Virus record (IMG/VR): IMGVR_UViG_3300023261_000005
Coordinates: 1-35,570 of that record
DNA length: 35,570 bases
From: a virus
Lineage: Duplodnaviria > Caudoviricetes
Strand: one strand, 5' to 3'
This document shows positions 1 to 6,596 of this stretch, in pieces (the first letter of the stretch is position 1; each line of letters begins with the position of its first letter). The notes under the pieces are model-generated. The model did no database searches and was not told where the DNA came from. It was given only the letters and a program-made list of their open reading frames with translations. The position numbers were made by a program, and so were the translations under genes.

Positions 1-2
1 CC

Positions 3-170
3 GGCACACGGATCACAGTCTTCCTCACTCGCCGACAGTACGACGCGCTGGCGATGGCCGTCGCGTGCATCGAGAGCGAGTGGGAGCAGGACGGCGAGCC
101 AGCCCCCAACACGCAGGCCGCTCTCGGCCTGGCGTTCGACAAGATCAGGACGGCATGGAGGAGCGCATGA
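3..170 (+). CDS. hypothetical protein, 5'-truncated by window edge (...ITVFLTRRQYDALAMAVACIESEW...TAWRSA)
   Basis: Manual translation: open frame from window start; TGA 168-170 overlaps the next ATG (ATGA coupling). Confidence 0.6.
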   Translation, partial: GTRITVFLTRRQYDALAMAVACIESEWEQDGEPAPNTQAALGLAFDKIRTAWRSA

Positions 171-301
171 AGTCGCTCGAAGAGATCCAGGCGAAGCTCG
201 CCGAGACTCGCGGCTGGGTGGACGAGAACGAGGACACTGGCGCATCCGAGTTCGGCGTCGAGCTCGGATGGTTCCAGGCCCTCGAGTGGGTGCTCGCATG
301 A
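167..301 (+). CDS. small hypothetical phage protein (44 aa, MKSLEEIQAKL...ALEWVLA)
   Basis: GGAGGAG SD upstream; ATGA overlaps at both ends; trimmed from ORF 65..301. Confidence 0.7.
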   Translation: MKSLEEIQAKLAETRGWVDENEDTGASEFGVELGWFQALEWVLA

Positions 302-531
302 GCGACGATCCGGGGGGTGTGGTTCCCCCATTCCTTGACAAGGACTGGCGTGCGATGCGCGCTCACCTCAACCTGGCCGCCGCACACGCGGCGGCCGGGG
401 CCGACGCCTCAACAGTCGAGGATGTCCGGCGAAGCACGAGCGCAGCACAGGTCGCGCTCATGGACGCCGACTTCATTCGTCGTCGCATCGAGCGACAGGA
501 ATCCGTCCACACGAATGGGAGTGGAGCATGA
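298..531 (+). CDS. hypothetical protein (77 aa) ending in repeat-encoded HTNGSGA
   Basis: ATGA coupling at 298-301 and 528-531. Confidence 0.7.
   Translation: MSDDPGGVVPPFLDKDWRAMRAHLNLAAAHAAAGADASTVEDVRRSTSAAQVALMDADFIRRRIERQESVHTNGSGA
508..531 (+). repeat. 24-bp junction repeat copy 1, CACACGAATGGGAGTGGAGCATGA
   Basis: Read directly; contains SD-like GGGAG plus overlapping stop/start ATGA. Confidence 0.95.
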
Positions 532-719
532 GTTACGACGCGCCCCAGCCGATCGCTGAACCGCCGCGCTGTCAGGCGCAGTGTGCCGAGGATGTGAGCG
601 ACTTCCCGTTCCTGACTTACCACGCCTGCATCAAGGGTCAGCACATGCCGCACCACCACTTGTGCAAGTGCGACTACGGGTGGTCCGACGAGAACCACAC
701 GAATGGGAGCCAAGCATGA
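528..719 (+). CDS. small Cys/His-rich (putative Zn-binding) hypothetical protein, 63 aa
   Basis: C..C...HAC....H..HHHLCKC...W pattern; flanked by repeats 1 and 2. Confidence 0.75.
   Translation: MSYDAPQPIAEPPRCQAQCAEDVSDFPFLTYHACIKGQHMPHHHLCKCDYGWSDENHTNGSQA
696..719 (+). repeat. 24-bp junction repeat copy 2, CACACGAATGGGAGCCAAGCATGA
   Basis: 21/24 identical to copy 1. Confidence 0.95.
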
Positions 720-898
720 AGTACATCCTGGATATCACCTGGCATGTCAGCGGGATGCCCCCTCTCGTCGGGCCGTTCGATACGCGGGTCGAGGCCGACG
801 ACTTCGCACGGCTCAACGTGCCGAACGGCTCGTGGGAAGTGCGTCCACTCACCGATCCGTACGGGCGTACCAGGCACACGAATGGGAGTGGAGCATGA
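716..898 (+). CDS. small hypothetical protein (60 aa, MKYILDITWH...VGPFDTRVEADDFA...)
   Basis: Start supplied by repeat 2 and stop by repeat 3; GPFxTxxEAxxFA is a motif common in small phage proteins. Confidence 0.75.
   Translation: MKYILDITWHVSGMPPLVGPFDTRVEADDFARLNVPNGSWEVRPLTDPYGRTRHTNGSGA
875..898 (+). repeat. 24-bp junction repeat copy 3, CACACGAATGGGAGTGGAGCATGA
   Basis: Identical to copy 1. Confidence 0.95.
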
Positions 899-1077
899 GC
901 GTCACGCACACCGTCACAATCCACTGCGACCGCTGCGGCCACTGGGTTCACGCGGAACGTCGCGATGTCACCAAGCTCGGATGGACGCGGTGGAAGGAGG
1001 GGCGATCCTCGATGCACCACTGCCCATCCTGCACGGTCGCCGTCGCGCTAGATCACACGAATGGGAGCGAAGCATGA
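895..1077 (+). CDS. small zinc-ribbon protein (60 aa, CDRC...GW...HHCPSC)
   Basis: Two CxxC pairs; bounded by repeats 3 and 4. Confidence 0.8.
   Translation: MSVTHTVTIHCDRCGHWVHAERRDVTKLGWTRWKEGRSSMHHCPSCTVAVALDHTNGSEA
1054..1077 (+). repeat. 24-bp junction repeat copy 4, CACACGAATGGGAGCGAAGCATGA
   Basis: 23/24 identical to copy 2. Confidence 0.95.
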
Positions 1078-1286
1078 AGATCACGACCATCTGGACTCTG
1101 CCCGCGATGACGCTCGGTGAGCGCCTGCACCGCACCGGCGAATGGGCCGCGATCAAGGTCGCATGGGCACTCCCGCACCGGGTGCTCTACTGGGCCGCCG
1201 TGCGAGCCGCAGTCGCGGTAGAGCCGAACACAGACCCGTCCGGCGTGACGGTCGCGCAGATGATGGAGACCATCGGCCATGACTGA
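1074..1286 (+). CDS. hypothetical protein (70 aa, MKITTIWTLP...VAWALPHRVLYWAAVR...)
   Basis: Start within repeat 4; trimmed from ORF 744..1286. Confidence 0.75.
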   Translation: MKITTIWTLPAMTLGERLHRTGEWAAIKVAWALPHRVLYWAAVRAAVAVEPNTDPSGVTVAQMMETIGHD

Positions 1287-1422
1287 CACCCAACCGAACG
1301 ATCTAGCCGAGCAGGGCCGTCGCCTCGCGTCCAAGCGTGACGACCTGATCGCGGCGGGCGTGGACCCGTCTGATCTGCTGATCCCGCTGCACCCCCAACC
1401 GATTGAACAGGAGCCGACATGA
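1279..1422 (+). CDS. small hypothetical protein (47 aa, MTDTQPNDLAEQGRRL...EQEPT), not in ORF track
   Basis: Manual translation; GGAG SD, 8-bp overlap upstream, ATGA overlap with next gene; fills the gap exactly. Confidence 0.65.
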   Translation: MTDTQPNDLAEQGRRLASKRDDLIAAGVDPSDLLIPLHPQPIEQEPT

Positions 1423-1709
1423 CCCTGACCGGACAGACCTCTGGGGCATCCCGTACTGAGATCATCTCGAAGGCCGAGCAGCTGGCAGCGGCCTACTTCG
1501 GCACCGAGTGTGTCGTCGTGACGCTGAGCGACGAGACGTGCGAGACGACAGAGTTGCAGTACGGCAACGGCCAGGTCGCCGTCGCGCACTCGTTCTTCTC
1601 GGCAACGTTCGAGGCCGACGAGCACCACGACGTGGGGGCGCGCTCGTACGGACCCGCCCGGTGCAGGAACTGCGAGCGTGACAGCTGGCCGCAGAACCCG
1701 CTGCCATGA
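1419..1709 (+). CDS. hypothetical protein (96 aa) with C-terminal HH...CxxC
   Basis: AGGAG SD; ATGA overlaps at both ends. Confidence 0.7.
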   Translation: MTLTGQTSGASRTEIISKAEQLAAAYFGTECVVVTLSDETCETTELQYGNGQVAVAHSFFSATFEADEHHDVGARSYGPARCRNCERDSWPQNPLP

Positions 1710-1939
1710 GCGCGAAGAAGGTTCCGATGTGCGCCGACCTGGTGGCGATGGGCCTGGCTGTCGAGGTCACGGTCAGGACCGGCGCCAAGAGTACGGCGAA
1801 GGTCTATCGGATCAGCGAAGAGGGACGAGCTCTCCTCAACGAAACGATGCGAGCGAACGCCCTCGAAGCGCTCGAGCGCGGAGAGGGCGAGTGGAAGCAG
1901 CCCCCCAGCCGGCGCATCCCTGGCCTCAGCGGGGGATGA
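1706..1939 (+). CDS. hypothetical protein, possible partial winged-helix (77 aa)
   Basis: LVAMGLAVEV...KVYRISEEGRALL resembles the PadR/MarR wing motif (YxLTxxGxxxL). Confidence 0.6.
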   Translation: MSAKKVPMCADLVAMGLAVEVTVRTGAKSTAKVYRISEEGRALLNETMRANALEALERGEGEWKQPPSRRIPGLSGG

Positions 1940-2132
1940 TCCCCAGCCAGACGAGCACGCCGATCTCGAGGCCGAGCATCAGCAACACGGCCCACGGGAA
2001 CCACCCTTTGAACCCCGCCCCACCTCCGTCACCGGAGATGGGGCGGGGTTTTTCGCGTCCCACGCGCTGCACGCGGAACAGCCACGTCACCGACCACTTG
2101 GGTCGGCGATCCGGCTGCTCCTCCTCGGTCAC
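1926..2132 (-). CDS. small membrane protein (single C-terminal TM), candidate holin/lysis accessory
   Basis: GTGA overlap with the endolysin stop; hydrophobic WFPWAVLLMLGLEIGVLVWLGII. Confidence 0.55.
   Translation of the reverse strand: MTEEEQPDRRPKWSVTWLFRVQRVGREKPRPISGDGGGAGFKGWFPWAVLLMLGLEIGVLVWLGIIPR
2011..2053 (+). terminator. rho-independent terminator ending the plus-strand operon
   Basis: AACCCCGCCCCA-C-CTCCG-TCAC-CGGAG-A-TGGGGCGGGGTT hairpin with TTTTT at 2049-2053, ~70 bp after the last plus-strand gene. Confidence 0.85.
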
Positions 2133-3688
2133 ACGTCGAGTATGACGGTGTCGATCTCATCGCCGATCAGCCACGACGACTCGTTGCGCCAGCGGGTCAG
2201 CTGCGCCACCGATACGACGCGACTGTCAGCCGGAACCTCCGGGCACTCCGGGCACTCGCATCCCTCGCACGGGTCGATGATGATCCCGTCCTGCGGGTAG
2301 TCCTCGAAGTCGATGTCATCGCCACAGCTCGTGCTCATGAACTCGCTGTGCCGGTGATAGACGAACGTGTCCACCGCGTAGTACGCCCGGAGCGCATCCA
2401 GCAGCAGGTTCACGCTGTCGATCGTCTCCTGGCGATTCGGCGTGCCGACTACCTGGCCAACCACCGGGTCGACCTCGATGCCAATGAACCAGTTGCCGTC
2501 TGCTCCGGCATGGAAAGCCCGATCAGAGAGTGAGACCATCTGCGTTCGATGCCCCCCGCTGACGACAAAGTGGGCGCTGGTGGAGGCGGCAGGATTCTGG
2601 AACCAGGCGACGGTGCCGCTGTAGGTGTCCTGTCCATCGGTTCCGAAGTCATGAAGTACCACCTCTGTCTGGTCGGTCGGGAACCGCTCGCCATCCTGCC
2701 CTGACTCGTAGTTCTCTGGGGCGCACGGGACCACCTCAGTCACCACCGGGTCGAACGCCTCGAACGTGTACGCCGGGGGCGCCGGCTCCGGCGCCACCTC
2801 CGGCAGATCGTGTGTGCCCTGGTCGGTGAAGCCCCCCGCCCAGAACCAATTGCCGGCGTACGCGCCGCGGAACCAGACATCCTGGCCCTGCACCGCCTCG
2901 CCGTGCGCCCACCCGTTCATGTCGGCGATGGCGCCGCCGTCGAGGGTCTGCACCACCGGCACCGCCGTGGTCGGCTCGCTGCGCCCGTTCGCCGGGTTTA
3001 CGCCCACCTGTCGCTGCGTCGGCCCCACGTCGGGCACCGTCTCGTTGAGGTCAGTGAGGTCGTGCGTGCCGGTGTCAGTGAAGCCGCCGGACCAGAACCA
3101 GTCCCCGCTGAACGCGCCCCGGAACCAGACGCTGTTCCCGCTGACGTTCTCGCCGTAGACCCAGCCGTCCATCGTCGCCACGGTGCCGGGGTTCAGCTGC
3201 TGCGTTGCCGGGTTCGCCGTGCTCGGGTCATCGCGCCCGTTCGCCGGGTTCGGCCCCACCACGCGCTGGTTGCCGCCGACCGGGCCGCCGCCACCACCGC
3301 CGCCACCCACGTAGGCGCCAGCACCCTGCTCCACGCAGTTCCAGTAGTCGTCCGGCTCGCGCCGATTGCCCTGCGGGTACTCGACCTCATTGTGCAGATG
3401 CGGCCCTGTCGAGTTGCCAGTGTTCCCGACGTACGCGACGGTCGTGCCCTCGCTGACGCGGGTACCCTCGCCGGGGCCAGAGTGGTCAGGCAGGTGGAAG
3501 TTGCCGTCGACCTGCCCGTCGTCGTAGATCACGTAGCAGAAGTTGCCGCCGCGATCGTTGCTGCCGCGCGCACTGACGTAGCCTGCCCCCGTCGCCGGGA
3601 CCGGCGTCCAGGACGGGTAGGGAAAATCAACGCCCGTGTGGTTGGCGTATGTGGTCCAGATGTCGAGTGGTCTTTTGTGCTTCGCCAC
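2129..3688 (-). CDS. endolysin: M23 peptidase + two SH3-like cell-wall-binding repeats + Amidase_2-type N-acetylmuramoyl-L-alanine amidase
   Basis: HTGVD and GNSTGPHLH (M23); duplicated QRxVGxNPANGR...GW..GE.V.G..VWFRGA..G.WFW.GGFTD.GTHDL; VVLH...SAHFVV...AFHAG...IGIE...H...TSC (amidase). Confidence 0.92.
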   Translation of the reverse strand: MAKHKRPLDIWTTYANHTGVDFPYPSWTPVPATGAGYVSARGSNDRGGNFCYVIYDDGQVDGNFHLPDHSGPGEGTRVSEGTTVAYVGNTGNSTGPHLHNEVEYPQGNRREPDDYWNCVEQGAGAYVGGGGGGGGPVGGNQRVVGPNPANGRDDPSTANPATQQLNPGTVATMDGWVYGENVSGNSVWFRGAFSGDWFWSGGFTDTGTHDLTDLNETVPDVGPTQRQVGVNPANGRSEPTTAVPVVQTLDGGAIADMNGWAHGEAVQGQDVWFRGAYAGNWFWAGGFTDQGTHDLPEVAPEPAPPAYTFEAFDPVVTEVVPCAPENYESGQDGERFPTDQTEVVLHDFGTDGQDTYSGTVAWFQNPAASTSAHFVVSGGHRTQMVSLSDRAFHAGADGNWFIGIEVDPVVGQVVGTPNRQETIDSVNLLLDALRAYYAVDTFVYHRHSEFMSTSCGDDIDFEDYPQDGIIIDPCEGCECPECPEVPADSRVVSVAQLTRWRNESSWLIGDEIDTVILDV

Positions 3689-3690
3689 GA

Positions 3691-4038
3691 TCAGCCAGCG
3701 TTCCTTCCGGTGCGGCGCCCGCCGGCATGCGCCTCGAGCAGCTGCCGGTCATCGAGCGCGAGCACCGCGAGCGCGCGCGCGGCGAGTCTCCGGCCCGGCC
3801 CGTCGAGCGCATCGTTCAGGATGCCGGTGAGCACCTGCCGGCGCAGAGCATCCACGAGCGCGCGCTCGGGCTGGCCGAAGTGCTCCTGCTGGTGCAGCGC
3901 CGCCGTGTGCTCCACCATTGCCGCGAGGAAGTCGTCCACGTTGGCCGCGTCGATGTTCTCCGGGATGGGGTAGCTCTCCCGGGTTCGTCGCCACGCGCCC
4001 CCGACGCGATGACGAACGACGATGGTCACATCGGGCAT
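3691..4038 (-). CDS. hypothetical protein (115 aa)
   Basis: AGAAGGAGG SD; fills the gap between the minor tail gene and the endolysin. Confidence 0.7.
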   Translation of the reverse strand: MPDVTIVVRHRVGGAWRRTRESYPIPENIDAANVDDFLAAMVEHTAALHQQEHFGQPERALVDALRRQVLTGILNDALDGPGRRLAARALAVLALDDRQLLEAHAGGRRTGRNAG

Positions 4039-4053
4039 ACTGTCCTCCTTCTG

Positions 4054-5427
4054 TCAGGGCACGTACATCATGGAGTCGAAGGCGATCCAGGTGGGCGACG
4101 TCCCGCCTCTGGCCACGATCTCGCCCGGGCCGTCCGACTGATCCCACTGTTCGCCACGGATGTCGACGCGTGCCGGCGCCTCGGCAGACACGGTGCTGAT
4201 GATGACCCGTCGAGCATGGGGGTATACCTCGGGATAGCCCGAGAGGGCCGTGATGGCGGTCTTATCCGTCCCGCTGCTGACCAGCCCACGCATCATCACA
4301 ACCCCGTCGCCGCGCCGCACCCAGCCCATGTCGGGGAACGCCGCGCTGTACCGATGCCAGTTGTTCTTGTAGACGTATGGCGTGGCCCACGCATTGCCCG
4401 TGGCGGCGGCGGGGGTCGTGATCGCGAACCCGTACAGGCTCACCCAGCTGCCCACCGTCCCCGGCGTCGGCGGCTTCCAGTCGATGCCGCCACCCTCTGG
4501 CCGTGAGCCGATCAGCGCAAACCCCTCGTTCGCCGTGGTGCGGAAGTGCTGCTGCATGTGCGCTCGAGATGCGGTCGGGAGGTTGATCATCGGCGTATTC
4601 CCCACCGACTGTGCGGCGGTGATTTGCACCAGCCCCCGGCCCCAGACGAAGCCGTACCGGTCGGTGTACACAGCCGGGTGGCCATGCACGCCATCCCAGG
4701 CGGGCAGGTTCGTGAACCCTGCCGCAAACGAGGTGCCCCCCGTTCCGATGTTTACCCAGTTGCCGGTCGCCTCACTCTCCGCCGCCCAGAACGCGATGCC
4801 ATCGAGTGAGGTGTACCCGCCCGCAGGCACGATGTTGGCCCGGAAGTAGATGTCCCCGTTGGGGGTGATCTGAAGAGGGCGGTGCACGTCGTTCCAAGAG
4901 ACGCTGACGATGACGGTGTACTCGGGGCGGTACTTCGGGGGGAGCGTCGCGATCACCTCATTGGCCACGGTGTCCTGGTCATTGCGGAGGAGGCCGCTGA
5001 GCACGATCAGTCCCGTCGGCAGCCGCGTTGCGCCGATGCGCTCATTCCAGGAGGCGTCCAGCTGGTGCGTGGTGTAGCCGTTGAACTTGCTCGACAGCAC
5101 CAGCGGCACGAACCCGCCCGTCGGGGTTGAGTCAGGCTGGCCGGCGATCTCCCAGGTCGAACCTGTCCACGCCAGCGACACCTGGCGCGACCCGTTCGGG
5201 ACATAGGGCACCCGCCAGCCATACGGCCCCGACAGGGCCGTATCGCTCCCCACCTTCACCTTCGCCGGCCCGCCCATCCGATAGTTCGGGTCGAGCACGC
5301 CGTAGGCGCCTGAACCGACACTCGTACCACTCCCGGCACCCGAAAGCCTGCGCTCGATGAGGTCGAGTCGCACATTCATGTCCCTGAGGACACCCTCGAA
5401 CGTCTTGTCCTGGGGTGGAAATCCCAT
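4054..5427 (-). CDS. minor tail protein / putative receptor-binding protein with three tandem C-terminal beta-sandwich repeats
   Basis: Short N-terminal coiled coil (LRDMNVRLDLIERR); last gene of the tail cluster; repeated G.V...GL(L/V)...LP...(R/Y)P...W.SL.G modules. Confidence 0.8.
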   Translation of the reverse strand: MGFPPQDKTFEGVLRDMNVRLDLIERRLSGAGSGTSVGSGAYGVLDPNYRMGGPAKVKVGSDTALSGPYGWRVPYVPNGSRQVSLAWTGSTWEIAGQPDSTPTGGFVPLVLSSKFNGYTTHQLDASWNERIGATRLPTGLIVLSGLLRNDQDTVANEVIATLPPKYRPEYTVIVSVSWNDVHRPLQITPNGDIYFRANIVPAGGYTSLDGIAFWAAESEATGNWVNIGTGGTSFAAGFTNLPAWDGVHGHPAVYTDRYGFVWGRGLVQITAAQSVGNTPMINLPTASRAHMQQHFRTTANEGFALIGSRPEGGGIDWKPPTPGTVGSWVSLYGFAITTPAAATGNAWATPYVYKNNWHRYSAAFPDMGWVRRGDGVVMMRGLVSSGTDKTAITALSGYPEVYPHARRVIISTVSAEAPARVDIRGEQWDQSDGPGEIVARGGTSPTWIAFDSMMYVP

Positions 5428-6581
5428 CAGGGCTCCTCGATGTCTTCGTCAGGCTTGGTAGCGGGCGTCAGAGTGACCTGGACCGTCTCCCCCACCGGCG
5501 TCTCTGTCACGGTGACCTTGTCGATCTTCTGCAGCTGACTCATCTTCCGTGCGTTCAGCGTGGCAAGCAAGGGCACCTGCACGCCGGGGACCAGGTCATG
5601 GATCGTGAGCGATGCGTTCAGTCGAATCCCGGAGTTGTCCGGCACGCGCACCTCAACAGGGACTGGCATCCTGCCGTTCAGGTTCCGCTTTGCCTGGCTG
5701 TCGAGCTCGCCCTGAGTGGGCTCCTGCGTGCCCTCCTCGTTGTACGGGGTCAGGATCATCGTCCAGGGTCCGTAGTAAGGGCTCGGCGCACTCGCGTGAC
5801 CATACTTCCCGTTGCGGCCAACGACGTAGACCTCAGCCGCCATGTCCGCACCGTATGCAGTGACGATGACCTCGCTGAAGAAGTCCGCCTCGGTGAGCGT
5901 GCGCGTCTTACCCAACGAGCGCGACACATCCCAGACGTGGATTGAGCGCCCAAGCACCGTCCAGTCGATGCCGGCCGTGCGACCGAGCGCCTGGATGTGC
6001 TCACCGACGGTCATCTCGTACGGGATCGTGTATGCCGATGTGCGCGCCTCGTTCGGGAAGTGGTGGAAGCTCAGGTGCGGCTTGATGTTGGCCGGCGGGG
6101 AAAGCACCTCCCACCGGTCCAGTTCGTAGTTCAGGATGTTGCTGATACGAGTGGTGACCTCGGTCGGCTGGGTATAGATCACGATGGGGTTACCCTCGTC
6201 GTCGTAGTCAGCGCGGAATCGGTTGTCCCACTCCTTCGACAGCGGAGTCGCCATCACGTAGGCCATCACGTCGTGTGCATTGATCTCGACGTAGTTGGCG
6301 TGCCAACCGACGCGCCAGACCGGGCCCTCCCAGACGCGATCCTCGCCACGGTAGATGACGATCTCACTGCGCTTCGGCTCGATGGCCGCCAGGATGGCGG
6401 CCTGCTCTGAGCAAGCGTCCCCCTCAATGCGGATGTTTGCTTCACTGACGCTGTCGCGATCGCGCGTCCATCGCACCTCGGAGACATCCAGCAGCTGCGC
6501 CACGCGCATCATGCCGCCCCTGTCGTACACGTAGACAGTGTGACCGGCTACGCATTCGCCTCCGTAAACCCCATGCGTCAT
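5427..6581 (-). CDS. minor tail protein (baseplate hub/Tal-like; ReqiPepy6 Gp37-like family by inference)
   Basis: VYVYDRGG...VRWTR.RD.VSEA...IYRG.DRVWEGPV...DLVPGV motifs typical of actinophage tail hubs; synteny. Confidence 0.82.
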   Translation of the reverse strand: MTHGVYGGECVAGHTVYVYDRGGMMRVAQLLDVSEVRWTRDRDSVSEANIRIEGDACSEQAAILAAIEPKRSEIVIYRGEDRVWEGPVWRVGWHANYVEINAHDVMAYVMATPLSKEWDNRFRADYDDEGNPIVIYTQPTEVTTRISNILNYELDRWEVLSPPANIKPHLSFHHFPNEARTSAYTIPYEMTVGEHIQALGRTAGIDWTVLGRSIHVWDVSRSLGKTRTLTEADFFSEVIVTAYGADMAAEVYVVGRNGKYGHASAPSPYYGPWTMILTPYNEEGTQEPTQGELDSQAKRNLNGRMPVPVEVRVPDNSGIRLNASLTIHDLVPGVQVPLLATLNARKMSQLQKIDKVTVTETPVGETVQVTLTPATKPDEDIEEP

Positions 6582-6596
6582 CAGTAGCGCCCGCTC

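Noticed and set aside
508-1077. CRISPR array interpretation of the 24-bp repeats
   Set aside because: The spacers are 155-164 bp and are intact coding genes, the repeat is not palindromic, and no cas genes are present.
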